DNA of 64,000 nucleotides from an uncultured delta proteobacterium (GTDB lineage Bacteria; Desulfobacterota; Binatia; HRBIN30; BPIQ01): NCBI GenBank assembly GCA_963761335.1, contig CAVXGR010000015.1, positions 1 to 64,000 of the forward strand, read 5' to 3'. Shown piece by piece: positions 19,626 to 30,189 of this stretch (position 1 is its first letter; each line of letters starts with the position of its first letter). The notes under the pieces were generated by a model. It saw only the letters and a program-made list of their open reading frames with translations, ran no database searches and was not told where the DNA came from. The position numbers and the translations under genes were made by a program.

Positions 19626-22600
19626 ATGTATCAATCGATGTGTTCGCAGGCTGTGCGAACGGCTCCGCCGCGGGCGCGGCGCATAGTTGCCCTCCTCGCG
19701 TGCGTCCTTGTGGCCCAGAGCGCCGTGTTCGTCACGGCGGCGAGCGCGGCCTCGTCCTCGTCGAACGCCTCCAACTATCAGAGCGGCGCACAGCTCTCGG
19801 TCAATGGGCGCACCGGCGGCGTGTCGTTCGAGACCCAGCTGGTGAACCTGCCGGGGATCGTTGCCGGCATGGACCTGACGCTCACGCTCAGCTACCGCAG
19901 CGAGGACGCGGTGCCCAACGGCGAGTCGGACGTTCGTTATTTCGGGCTGCCCTACGGCTGGCGCTATGACGTCTCGTTCATCGATACTGGGCAGAACGCC
20001 GGCACCTACCGCAACCTCTACCTCGAGGGGAACGAGTCCTACATCGTCGACTTCAACTGGCACAGCCAGTTCACGCCGGCGGGGGGCACGCAGCCGGCGT
20101 CCATCAAGACGGGGCTGCTGCAGTACAACCGCGCCGACGCGCAGTTCCGCCAGGACGATGGGACGGTGACGGTCGGCGGCATTGCCTCGGCCTTCGTCTA
20201 CGCCACCCTCGACGGTACGTCACAATACTTCTCCGCCAACGGCCTCGAGCTGCGCATGACCGACCGCTTCGGCAACCACATCGACTACTTTTACAATCGC
20301 GACACCGATCCGCATGACGCCCTGCTGGAGAAAATCACCGATACCTGGGGGCACGACGTCACCTTCTCGTACTGCTCGGACCAGAGCTGCACCGCCGGCG
20401 AGGTAACGATCACTCTGCCCGACGGGCGCACGGTGGGATTCGTCGCGCCGAGCCAGTACACCATCAGCGACATCATCGACGCCGAAGGCAAGCGCACGCA
20501 CTTGAGCTGGATCCAGTCTCCATGCGCGCACGGCCAGGCGTTGCCGGCGGGGCTGACCTCGGCGTCGGGAGGCATGACCTCCCTCACCTACTCGTGTCTG
20601 AACGTGTGTACCCAGCCGTCGACCGTGAACTGCCAGAGCGACGGCAATGCCACCACCTGGCCGGTGGTGCAGACGGTCTACGAGTGCCCGAACAACACGA
20701 GCGGCACCAAGTGCCCGGACGGCTCGGCGGGGGCCGACTTCCTGACCACGAAGCACATCTACGAGACCACGGACAACCCGCGCAACTACACCGGCTTTCC
20801 TCTCTACTCTCCCTACGCGCCGACAGATCCGCTGAGCGACGCGCTGATGTCGTCGAACGACACGACGTTTATCTACACCGCGGTGACCAGCACGCTCGGC
20901 GCCAGCGGCACGGTCATCTACCAGGGCGAGAACGACTACAACTTTCTGCACCTTCAGCGCGAGCAGCGTATCTACGTACGCGCCAAGCAGGCCGACAACC
21001 AGTTCGGCCTGACGCTGAGCAAGGCGCAGTCGTATTGCTACTCGGCCTCTTCGGGCGGCAGCGGCTGTCCGCTCGATTTCAACGACTACCAGAACCTGTT
21101 GGCGAACTATCAATCGCCGACGATGATCGGCAGCTGCGTCTATGACATCGAAGGCGGCAGCGGCCTGGCGCGGCGGTCAGTGACCACGCGGGTTTACGAC
21201 AGCTTCGGCAACACCGTGCACAGCCGCACCTTTCACGCCGGCGGTTCGGCGGGCGTTGTGTCGAGCTGCGACCGGGCCACGCGACTGTCCACTGGTGGGT
21301 TGCAGATGGTTGCCGACGACTACGCGCAGTACGACACCCCCGCGGTCGTGGGATCCGACGGCTTCCTGTCCCTCGGCAAAGGGGCGGGCCACTACGGTTT
21401 GGTCAAGGCGCAGGAATCGTTCTTCTATCTGGATGCGAACAGCACCGCCGCGCCGGGCACGGCCGCCAGCGGCGACACGCCGGTGCTGGTCAAGCTGGCC
21501 TGCAACGCGCTGACGGCAGATGCGGGTACGGAGACCGCGGGGACGCAGATCAAGGAGGCCTCGGTCGGCTTGATGTCGACCGGCACGGCTCCTCCGGCGA
21601 CTCCCGGCATCATCGATGCCTGTGCGGCGAGCAACAGCTGGGACGCGAGTGTGGCGCCGCCGAAGACGACGACGTTCACGTACGACGCGGTGGGCCGTGC
21701 CCTCAGTCACGCGATGACCTGGACCAAGGGCTACACGTCGCCGGGCGGCATCACCAGCAGCTCCGGGACGATGAGCTACGAGATGACGACCTCGGAAGCC
21801 GGCGAGGAGGCCTGTGGCGACGGCAGCTCTGCAGACGTGCTGCAGCTCTCGACCACCGATGACGAGGGGGACACAACGGTGAATCGGCTGTGCACCCGCA
21901 ACGGCTTCCATGTCGCCAATATCGATGCGCGCGGCAACCGGACGCTGTTCGCGCACACCCCGACGGGCCTGCTGGCGAAGATGACCAATCCCAACGGCAC
22001 CATCAACACGACGGACTACTACTACGCCTGCCCGCTGGCGCAGGATGGACGCAGCCCGACGTGCACGGTATCGACGCCCAAGGATTGCCCCTTCGACGAC
22101 GCTGCAACCAAACGCAACTGTATGATGGAGTCGGTGCTCGCCGGCACCGATCCGAAGACCGGGGAGGCTCAGTCGAGCTTTGCCGACGGGTTGATGACGA
22201 TCACGATCAAGGACGGGCTCGGGCGCGTGGTGGCCGCCCGCGACAACACCGGGGCCGGCAGCGGCGGTTATACGGAGCTGCAGACGCGCACGCAGGACCT
22301 GTACAACAGCGTCGGTCTGATGTCCTCGATGAGCAAGCGGATCGGGGTCGCGAGTCCGCTCGTCTACACCGCGACGACGACGTACGGAGTGAAGCTACGG
22401 CCGGTTCTGGCCTGCGGGCCGCGGGGCAACTCGCGGCAGATCGTGCACGACGACATCCACCTGCGCAAGCTGATCCTGAACAACGGCAGCGCCACCGACG
22501 GTTATACTTTGAACGACAGCCAGAAGCTGACCGCGATTGCCGACTGCGATCTGATGATTGGGCAGCCGACGGCCGCCGGCGGCTGCCCGACCACCGCCTC

Positions 22601-24230
22601 CGACACCAGCGTCGCGACCTGCCCGGGAGATGCGTTCAATACCCAGATCATGAACGACGGTGCCGGCCAGGAGCACTCGATGACCACCAGCGCCGGTGCC
22701 GCGGTAGAGCCCGGCACCACGGTGTCCAGCATGAGCGGGACGTCGACCTACGGCGCCGACCTGCTCAAGTACGCCTACTCCGCCGGTGGCGGAGACGGGG
22801 CGCAGGCGGTGGCGGCGAGCTCCAGCTGGTTGCGGGACCTGAACGGTCAGACCCTGCGGGAGTCGCTGACGGTTTCGACCGATGCCGGCCAGAGCACGGC
22901 CGGCACGGATACCAACGGCTACAACTCGCTGGGGCTGCTGACCAGCGAGCAGAGCAACCTCGACCCGGCGTTGAAGGAGACCTACGACTACACGCCCACC
23001 GGCAAGCTGAGCCGCAACACGAGCTACTCCGGGGTCGCCTATTATCACTACTACGACTCGATGGACCGGCCGATTCGGTACTGCTTCGCCAGCAAGAACG
23101 GGGGATCGGAAGGGGAGAGCTTCGAGCTCGATCCAGTCACCGGAGCGGTGCTTACAGTGCAGCACTTCACCAATCCCTCCGACTGCGCCGACTGCGGCGC
23201 GGCGGTGTGCCCCGGCGATCAGCCGGGCGAGGCGGTTCACTATGCGTACACGCGCTTCGGCGCCACCGCATCGATCACCTACGGCGATCAGCCCGGGGCC
23301 GAGCTGGAGTACGCCTACGACAAGTACCAGCGCCCGGTGTGCTTCGCCGATGCCATGGCCACGGCCGCCGGCAGCGGCTGTCCGAGCTCGCCGGTGGCGG
23401 ACGACTTTCAGCCGGCCGCCGACGCGATGCTGGTCACCACCCACTACTGGCCGGACGACGACACCTATCGGCGCGGACTACTGAAGACCGAGTGCCGCGG
23501 GGTGCGCGATGCGAGCGGCGCGTATGTCACGCGCTGCATGGACACCGACTACTACACCGCGGTCGACAAGGGCGGCAGCTGCTCGTCCGAGCTGGCGAAC
23601 ATCGCCGGCGCCTACGCCGGGCAGGTGAAGTCGGAGATGTACTGCGACGGCGGCAGCTGCCTGGACGATACGGGTACCCCGGTCTACCGGACCGACTACC
23701 TCTACGACAACCACCGGCGCCCGTGCTCGGTGGAGACGCACAACGACGCCGGCAAGCTCGTTCGGGGCACGACCTTCACTTACGATCAGTACGGTGAGGT
23801 ACTCAGCGAGACGCACAGCTCCGATCTCGACCCGAGCAACGAGAGCAATTACACCGTTGCCTACACCTACGACGGCCTGTTGCGGCTGACCGGCGAGACG
23901 CGTAACGACGCCGGCGGCGACCTGATCGAAAAGACTACGTACGCCTACGACGCGCGCTCGAACCTGACGGATAAGGTCGTGCAGCGGCCGGTCATCGGGT
24001 CGGGACCGGGGGCGACGGCCACGCCGACCGCGCCGCCCACCGCGACCCCGTCGCCGATGCCCACTTCAACGCCGGCGACAGCGACACCGACGGCGACCGC
24101 TGTCGCAAGCGGCGGCGACTCGTGCGCCATCCGGCCGCGGGGCGGCGGGTCGTGCTCCCTGCTTCTGCTGCCGGGCCTCTTGCTCTTCCTGCGCCGGCGC
24201 CGAGGAGGGCAGGCCCGAGGTCGATCATGA
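19626..24230 (+). CDS. Large secreted Cys-rich YD-repeat (Rhs shell) protein lacking the Rhs core, with C-terminal PT linker + Cys-TM-RRRR anchor
   Basis: GGAGGA RBS; signal peptide; SVNGRTG...LTLSY...GLPYGW Rhs-type N-terminus; YD repeats through YAYDARSNL; tail PTAPPTATP...GGDSCAI...LLLLPGLLLFLRRRR. No DPxG core. Confidence 0.85.
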   Translation: MYQSMCSQAVRTAPPRARRIVALLACVLVAQSAVFVTAASAASSSSNASNYQSGAQLSVNGRTGGVSFETQLVNLPGIVAGMDLTLTLSYRSEDAVPNGESDVRYFGLPYGWRYDVSFIDTGQNAGTYRNLYLEGNESYIVDFNWHSQFTPAGGTQPASIKTGLLQYNRADAQFRQDDGTVTVGGIASAFVYATLDGTSQYFSANGLELRMTDRFGNHIDYFYNRDTDPHDALLEKITDTWGHDVTFSYCSDQSCTAGEVTITLPDGRTVGFVAPSQYTISDIIDAEGKRTHLSWIQSPCAHGQALPAGLTSASGGMTSLTYSCLNVCTQPSTVNCQSDGNATTWPVVQTVYECPNNTSGTKCPDGSAGADFLTTKHIYETTDNPRNYTGFPLYSPYAPTDPLSDALMSSNDTTFIYTAVTSTLGASGTVIYQGENDYNFLHLQREQRIYVRAKQADNQFGLTLSKAQSYCYSASSGGSGCPLDFNDYQNLLANYQSPTMIGSCVYDIEGGSGLARRSVTTRVYDSFGNTVHSRTFHAGGSAGVVSSCDRATRLSTGGLQMVADDYAQYDTPAVVGSDGFLSLGKGAGHYGLVKAQESFFYLDANSTAAPGTAASGDTPVLVKLACNALTADAGTETAGTQIKEASVGLMSTGTAPPATPGIIDACAASNSWDASVAPPKTTTFTYDAVGRALSHAMTWTKGYTSPGGITSSSGTMSYEMTTSEAGEEACGDGSSADVLQLSTTDDEGDTTVNRLCTRNGFHVANIDARGNRTLFAHTPTGLLAKMTNPNGTINTTDYYYACPLAQDGRSPTCTVSTPKDCPFDDAATKRNCMMESVLAGTDPKTGEAQSSFADGLMTITIKDGLGRVVAARDNTGAGSGGYTELQTRTQDLYNSVGLMSSMSKRIGVASPLVYTATTTYGVKLRPVLACGPRGNSRQIVHDDIHLRKLILNNGSATDGYTLNDSQKLTAIADCDLMIGQPTAAGGCPTTASDTSVATCPGDAFNTQIMNDGAGQEHSMTTSAGAAVEPGTTVSSMSGTSTYGADLLKYAYSAGGGDGAQAVAASSSWLRDLNGQTLRESLTVSTDAGQSTAGTDTNGYNSLGLLTSEQSNLDPALKETYDYTPTGKLSRNTSYSGVAYYHYYDSMDRPIRYCFASKNGGSEGESFELDPVTGAVLTVQHFTNPSDCADCGAAVCPGDQPGEAVHYAYTRFGATASITYGDQPGAELEYAYDKYQRPVCFADAMATAAGSGCPSSPVADDFQPAADAMLVTTHYWPDDDTYRRGLLKTECRGVRDASGAYVTRCMDTDYYTAVDKGGSCSSELANIAGAYAGQVKSEMYCDGGSCLDDTGTPVYRTDYLYDNHRRPCSVETHNDAGKLVRGTTFTYDQYGEVLSETHSSDLDPSNESNYTVAYTYDGLLRLTGETRNDAGGDLIEKTTYAYDARSNLTDKVVQRPVIGSGPGATATPTAPPTATPSPMPTSTPATATPTATAVASGGDSCAIRPRGGGSCSLLLLPGLLLFLRRRRGGQARGRS

Positions 24231-26029
24231 GCAGCGACGACGGATCTCTCCTGCGTGCCGGGGTAGCGGCACTGCTCCTCTTGCTGCCCGGCTTCGGAGC
24301 CGCGCGCGCCCGGCAGCTCAGTACGACGACGACGCATTACACCTACAACGCCGACGGCGAGCTTACGGCGGTCACGACGCAGGTGGATGATCAGGCGCCG
24401 GCGACGACCTACCTGACCTGGGACGACTTCGTTCCCAACGCAGCGGACCCTTCGACCGGCACGATGTCGATGGGCGACGGCAACCTGGTCAGCTACGGGT
24501 CGCTGCCGGGAAGTGGAAGTCAGGAAGCACGTTTCGACTTCGACCGGCGCGACCGTCTGGTGGGCTACTCGAATGCCCAACACAGCATCGCCTACGACCA
24601 CCACGCCACCGGCCTGATGTCGTCGGCGACGGCGGACGGCGCCGATGGGTGGCACTTCTACTACGACGACAGCCAGAACCCGCAGGTCTCCAACATCTAC
24701 GAGCCGAGCACGCAGCGCTGGTCGGGGTATCTCGGCGCGGCGCGCTTCGTCAGCGACGGCGAGGAGCAGGTGCTCGTAGAGCCGCGCAAGGACCTTGTCT
24801 GCGAGTACGATCCGCGCAGCCAGTCGGTCGAGGTGCATAGCTACAACGCTTACGGCACGCAGGAGAACGCGACACCGGCCGAGGGCTACGACCTGAGCGA
24901 CAACCCGTTCCAATACGCCGGGGAGTTTCGGGAACCGCTGTGGGGCGGCATCTACCTGCGGGCGCGCTGGTATGATCCGGACTTCCCGATCTTCCTGTCG
25001 CGCGACCCGATGCCGGGGCAGCTCAACCACTACGGCTACGCCGGCGGCAATCCGGTGATGAACACCGACCCGGGGGGCGAGAGATTCGGGCGTGGACTGA
25101 AGAAGTTCACCAGCGGGATTGGCGGACATTTCGCACGTTTGCTGCTTTCCCCATTCCTCGCGCCACTCGAGCTGGCCGCGCATCCGAAGGCCTTCTGGAA
25201 GCAGCTCAGGCCCAATAACCCCACCTTCTACTTTACCCTGGCAGGCGTCGCTTTCGAGTTCGCCGGGCCGGTCGCGGATTTCGTTGCCCCGGTGTGGGTG
25301 AACTCGCTCAGCCTGAGCACGCGCTTTACCGTTCGACTGGGGACGGACGCGACCCTCGGTTTCGGGCAGTCCGTTGCGCAGGCTGCCGAGACGAAGGGTT
25401 TCAAGCACTTCGACTGGAACACGTTCGGGCAGGGTGCAGAGTACACGGTGGGGGGCATCGGCTGGGCGCGGGGTTTGGCGGGGGTCGGGTACAGGCCCTT
25501 CGGGATCCGTTCGAAGAATCTCGAGGTGTTCGCGAACGCCAAGCTCGCCAATCTCGAGAATCGCGAAGCCTTGATCTTTCGGGAACGCGTACCGCTCAGA
25601 AGCACTCGGCTGAACTGGACGTCGCCCTTGCAGGAATGGCGCAACATCGGCGTCTATCACGAGCGCCTGGTCGCCGTGACCAAGGAGGGCACAGTCTTCA
25701 CGAACGAAGTGTTCGAGAGCGGCCTTAAGCGGGGCAGGTTCAACACCGTTCGAGAATTCCTCGACGCGCCCGAGGCTGTTGAAGAAGGGGGCGAAGTGGT
25801 GTTGAAGCCCAAGCCCAGCACGAGGCTGCAGTTTGTCGGGGTTAAGGGCAACTTCACGGGGGTGACCCTTGGTAAGTTGAACCCGCTCCGTTTCCCGACC
25901 GTAGAGGAGGCGAAGATCTATAAGGGAATGGATCAGCCCTTACCGGCGAAGTTTCGCCGGTACGACTGGTCCCAGAGCAACTGTCAAGACCACACCGCGG
26001 CCGTCCTGGAGGAACTGGGAACGCGATGA
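24227..26029 (+). CDS. Secreted mini-Rhs B, paralog of A
   Basis: ATGA overlap with the shell gene; signal peptide ...GAARA-RQL; core near-identical to A; tip has VYHERL...YDWSQSNCQDH. Confidence 0.85.
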   Translation: MSSDDGSLLRAGVAALLLLLPGFGAARARQLSTTTTHYTYNADGELTAVTTQVDDQAPATTYLTWDDFVPNAADPSTGTMSMGDGNLVSYGSLPGSGSQEARFDFDRRDRLVGYSNAQHSIAYDHHATGLMSSATADGADGWHFYYDDSQNPQVSNIYEPSTQRWSGYLGAARFVSDGEEQVLVEPRKDLVCEYDPRSQSVEVHSYNAYGTQENATPAEGYDLSDNPFQYAGEFREPLWGGIYLRARWYDPDFPIFLSRDPMPGQLNHYGYAGGNPVMNTDPGGERFGRGLKKFTSGIGGHFARLLLSPFLAPLELAAHPKAFWKQLRPNNPTFYFTLAGVAFEFAGPVADFVAPVWVNSLSLSTRFTVRLGTDATLGFGQSVAQAAETKGFKHFDWNTFGQGAEYTVGGIGWARGLAGVGYRPFGIRSKNLEVFANAKLANLENREALIFRERVPLRSTRLNWTSPLQEWRNIGVYHERLVAVTKEGTVFTNEVFESGLKRGRFNTVREFLDAPEAVEEGGEVVLKPKPSTRLQFVGVKGNFTGVTLGKLNPLRFPTVEEAKIYKGMDQPLPAKFRRYDWSQSNCQDHTAAVLEELGTR

Positions 26030-26202
26030 TCGATCGCCGCACGGAAAGATATCGAAAATGAATCTGTGGAAAGGTTGTCCGTCAGAGTCGCCGGCTGGGG
26101 GTGCAAACCGGCGCCGCCAAAATGCCCCGTCCAAGAACAAAGGAGAATGAGGGCAGTGAAATGTCCGCGAGACGCAATCGAGAGAAACCGAATGGAGGAC
26201 AG

Positions 26203-29200
26203 ATGATGAAAGCGCTGCTCAAGGGATTGTTGATCGTTCTAGGCCTGGGGATCGTCCTCGCCGGTTGTGGCTCGGAGAACGGCAGCGGAGGCGGTGGCAC
26301 GATGTCGACGCCTCCCGGGCCCCTGGGCGCACCGCCGTGCCAGGAGGCCGGGCAGCGCGCTTGCAACAACCACTCGACCCTGTACGCCGTCGCGCACTCG
26401 TACACCGATCCCGAGCACACCGTCCTCTATCGCGTGGAGGTGGGAGCCTGGGACCTGGGCACGGGGTGGCAGGGCAGTCGCAACGGCCTGTTCTACCGCG
26501 CCACGGTCTCCGGCGATGCGTCGATCTGCGTCAACCCGCAGGGGTCGACCTCCTGCTCGAGCACCAAGGTCTTCGTTCCCTTCAACGGCGTGAGCTTTGA
26601 CGGCTCGGCGCAAGAGCCCGAGCTCCCCGCCTTCTCCTTCATCGTGCCGGTCACCGGCGGGACATCCTCGACGGCCGTGACCGTCGAGGCCTGCTTCACC
26701 AACTACAAAGGAAGCTCCTTCGACGCTGAGCCGCCGTGCACGGTTCTGGGCTGGTCGGACGTCTACAGCTCGCTTCCGACCCCGACGGTCGGCCTCCCGA
26801 CCGGGTTCAAGGGCACCACCGTAGCAGAGCTGGTAGACACCACCACGGCGTCCATTCCGAACACCGGGGTCTATCCGGGGGTGCTGCTAGTGCGGCCGTC
26901 GGAAACGCTGGACGATACCGGGCTGGACTTCTTCTACGACCACCTGGTGTTCCTGGACCAGAACGGCAACCCGTACACCAACGACATCTTCGACGGCAGC
27001 TCGAGCGAGCGCCGCAGCATGGGGGTGCTGCCGATCGACGAGGCCGCCTACCCGGTCTCGGGCACGGAGTACCTCACCAAGTACGGCAACATGCAGAAGC
27101 TGCAGGGGGTGGCGCTGCCGGACAAGCAATTTTTCTTCTACACGGCCGACGAGATCTCGAGCACGGCGATCAAGGTGGGAATCACTTACCTTTATGACGG
27201 TGCGAGCGGGTGCTTGGGGGACATCCCAGGTGTGGGGAGCAACGATCCGAGCTGCGCGGTGTTCTTGTCCGCCGCCGCGGGCGTGGGTTCGGGTCTCCCC
27301 AGCTTCGGCACGGCGGCGTCGATCACGCCGGTGAGCAACGAGGGGAGCCAGATCCAGCCCACGCAGCAGAGCGGGCTGACGGCGGGCGAGCGGGAGCACC
27401 GCACGGTGACGTTCCAGTCGGCGGGCGGTGGACTGTGCCCGCGGGTGGTCAACCCACTGGCGACGGCGCTGGGCAGCGGGCGCTACGGCATGCCGAACTA
27501 CGTGATCCGGCGCACGATCGACGACACGCGGTCGTGGGGGCGGGACTTTCCCAACGCGATGTACTTCGTGCTGCCGACGGCGTTTGGCAACTGCAGCATC
27601 TCCGACGCGCCGTTCTGCCAGCGCACCACGGGGACGACCTCGTACGATGCGTACGTGCCGCACTACCTGAACACGTCGAACACGAGCACGGAGACGCTCA
27701 ACGGGGGGAGCACCAGCTCGGCGGTGGTCGGGGGCTTGACGCTGGCCGACGAGTACACGCTGGGCAACACGGGGCAGGCGAGCGAGAACTCGCTGGTGTA
27801 CTTCGACAACTGCGGCTACGGCTACCTCTACAGCGAGGGAGGGGACAGCGGTGTGGCTCTGGGCACGCGCAAGACGCTCCCGAGTGCGCCGAACAACGGC
27901 GACACTTACACGTACCAGATCAGCAACGATCTCGACCGCCCGGTGGTGTTCGGCAAGGAGTGCTGCGCGACCGATTACCAAGAGAACATGGACGAGTTCG
28001 GCAACACGTACCTGGAGCCGCCGGTGGAGCTGGACAATGGCTTCGGGGTGTTCGTCGGTGCGGGGAACACGGTGACCTACCGGACGCTGTTCAACGACGA
28101 GGCGATCGTGATCTACGATGCCACGACGGGCGAGCGCCTGGTGAAGCTGCGGCTGAACGAGGGCGGGGGTGCGCTCTACAGCTGCAACGACTCCAGCCTC
28201 GCGGTGCAGGTGTCGACCACGTCGTCCAAGACGCTCTTCGACGTCGGCATTGGCAGCGACACTGGCGGTTCGCTCAAGTGTCGGGCAATCGGCGAGTGTC
28301 CCTTCGGAACGCAGGCCGGGCTGTCGGAGGGAAACATCTCCTGTACCTTGAGCACGTCATCGTTCCTGATCGGCCTCCCCGACTGGGCAAAAGAGCTGAG
28401 CTCGTCCGCCGTCCCCATCCAACTCCGCGCCTGGGGCGGCGACGGGGAGGACAACCAAGGGGATAAGGGCGTCGGCGGCCTGGGTGGTGTGGCCGCGACC
28501 GCGGAGTCGAGTGACCAGTTGAGCGAAACCCTCTTCGCGTACGTGGGCAAGAGAGGCCCCGGCAACGGAGGCAAGGGTGGCAGCTCGACGATTCTGATCA
28601 ACGGCCCGTTGGACCTGGTCGCCGAGCCGGAGAACATTACCGACCCGAGCACCATCGGGGTTCTGTTGATTGCTGGCGGCGGCGGTGGCGCGGGAACCGG
28701 TTTCCTCACCTCGATGAGCAGTGTCAATCCAGGGGAGCCGGGCGGAGACGGAGGCGTGGCGATCGCCTCTACGAGCGCCGCGGCGAGTGCAGCCGGACAG
28801 ATGGCAAACAGTGTTGGCGGTCAAGGTGGCAATCAGGATCAATTGGGCAGCGGCGCCGGTGCGGGCAGCAACGGAGTCGGCGGGCACGGCGGGGACGGCG
28901 TCGATTGGAGCTCCGACGGCTCGCTGATCCTGCCGAAGAGCTGGAGCGCGGGCAAAGGCGCGGACAGCTCGAGCGGGTCCGCCGGTGGCGGCGGCTTTGG
29001 CGGTGGCCAGCACGGCCAGAACAGCGATTTCGGCGGCGGCGGTGGCGGCGGCAGCTGGGCGGCTGGCGCCACGGTGGCGGCGGCGCTTCCCAACTCGAAT
29101 ACGCCGCCGCTGTCGCCGAACGGCAGCGACGGTGCGGTGCAGCTGCTCTACAGCGACGCCGACACCAACGGCACGGCCAACTGCATCACTCAGACCGAGG

Positions 29201-30129
29201 GGAACGGAAGGGTCGACGGCATCTGCACTCTCACCGCGGGAAGCAAATTCAACCTGGCTGATTTTCCCGCCTTCGTCGGCGCCGGTGCCGACTCCATCAT
29301 GTGGATCCAGGCCTGGGGCGGTCGCGGCGGAAGAGGGCAGGGAGTCGGAGAGGAGGGAGTGGGAACGGCGTCCGGCGGCGACCACGGTCCCTCGGGCTTT
29401 GCGCAAACGGTGACTACCGTCAGCGACTACCAGAAGAAATTCGGCACGACGAGCATCCACGTCTACCTCGGAGGTCAGGACACGTCCGGTCACAACGCCG
29501 GAAAAGGCGGCGCTGCCACGATCGTCTCCACCGCGGACCTGACGACGCAGACACCTGCGATGGGCAACCTCGTGCTCATCGCGGGCGGCGGTGGTGGCGG
29601 GGGCCACGCGCAATCCACGGTGAACGGCAAGAAGGGCGGCGCCGGCGGTGTGGCGATCGCGACGACTTCAACCAACGCGGCCGGCTGCGGTGAGAGCGGT
29701 GGCTCCAGCGGCAACTCCGGGGGCCACGGCAAGGGCGGCTGCAACGGCGCCGGCGGTGACGGCGGCGGATCGAACAGCAGTCACAACGGTCACGACGGCA
29801 TCGGCGGCTACGGCGGTTCGGTTCACGCTGGCGGCAGCCAGACGACCCCGCAGGGCTGGACGAACGAGACCCCGACCAAGGTGGGTGATAACGGAGGGGG
29901 AGGCAACGGCGGCAACGGCAATGGCGGTGTCGGCGGCGGCGGCGGCGGCGGTTTCGGCGGCGGCGGCGGCGGCAACGGCGGCGGCACCGGTGAGTCCGGC
30001 GGCGGCGGTGGCGGCGGCGGCAGCTTTGCCGTGAGGTCGACTCTGAGCGACAGCCGCGCGCCGACCTCGCAGCCGGACCCGCCGTCGAACGACGGAGTCG
30101 TCAGGATCGTGTTCCCGGATCTGCCATGA
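26203..30129 (+). CDS. Large lipoprotein with two glycine-rich (ALK/LTK-like) domains
   Basis: GGAGG RBS; lipobox LAG-C; two repeats of AWGGxG...YxG...GKGG..TI...LIAGGGGG...GGGGGGS; Cys-rich N-terminal half. Confidence 0.8.
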   Translation: MMKALLKGLLIVLGLGIVLAGCGSENGSGGGGTMSTPPGPLGAPPCQEAGQRACNNHSTLYAVAHSYTDPEHTVLYRVEVGAWDLGTGWQGSRNGLFYRATVSGDASICVNPQGSTSCSSTKVFVPFNGVSFDGSAQEPELPAFSFIVPVTGGTSSTAVTVEACFTNYKGSSFDAEPPCTVLGWSDVYSSLPTPTVGLPTGFKGTTVAELVDTTTASIPNTGVYPGVLLVRPSETLDDTGLDFFYDHLVFLDQNGNPYTNDIFDGSSSERRSMGVLPIDEAAYPVSGTEYLTKYGNMQKLQGVALPDKQFFFYTADEISSTAIKVGITYLYDGASGCLGDIPGVGSNDPSCAVFLSAAAGVGSGLPSFGTAASITPVSNEGSQIQPTQQSGLTAGEREHRTVTFQSAGGGLCPRVVNPLATALGSGRYGMPNYVIRRTIDDTRSWGRDFPNAMYFVLPTAFGNCSISDAPFCQRTTGTTSYDAYVPHYLNTSNTSTETLNGGSTSSAVVGGLTLADEYTLGNTGQASENSLVYFDNCGYGYLYSEGGDSGVALGTRKTLPSAPNNGDTYTYQISNDLDRPVVFGKECCATDYQENMDEFGNTYLEPPVELDNGFGVFVGAGNTVTYRTLFNDEAIVIYDATTGERLVKLRLNEGGGALYSCNDSSLAVQVSTTSSKTLFDVGIGSDTGGSLKCRAIGECPFGTQAGLSEGNISCTLSTSSFLIGLPDWAKELSSSAVPIQLRAWGGDGEDNQGDKGVGGLGGVAATAESSDQLSETLFAYVGKRGPGNGGKGGSSTILINGPLDLVAEPENITDPSTIGVLLIAGGGGGAGTGFLTSMSSVNPGEPGGDGGVAIASTSAAASAAGQMANSVGGQGGNQDQLGSGAGAGSNGVGGHGGDGVDWSSDGSLILPKSWSAGKGADSSSGSAGGGGFGGGQHGQNSDFGGGGGGGSWAAGATVAAALPNSNTPPLSPNGSDGAVQLLYSDADTNGTANCITQTEGNGRVDGICTLTAGSKFNLADFPAFVGAGADSIMWIQAWGGRGGRGQGVGEEGVGTASGGDHGPSGFAQTVTTVSDYQKKFGTTSIHVYLGGQDTSGHNAGKGGAATIVSTADLTTQTPAMGNLVLIAGGGGGGGHAQSTVNGKKGGAGGVAIATTSTNAAGCGESGGSSGNSGGHGKGGCNGAGGDGGGSNSSHNGHDGIGGYGGSVHAGGSQTTPQGWTNETPTKVGDNGGGGNGGNGNGGVGGGGGGGFGGGGGGNGGGTGESGGGGGGGGSFAVRSTLSDSRAPTSQPDPPSNDGVVRIVFPDLP

Positions 30130-30189
30130 GGCGACCCAGTACAAGACGCGGAAGAATCGCGGGCGCCCATGGTTGGCGGAATGTCGCCG

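Noticed and set aside
17806..26029. Diversity-generating retroelement (TR/VR) explaining the mini-Rhs duplication
   Set aside because: No reverse transcriptase is present, both copies are full genes, and the differences are not adenine-specific.
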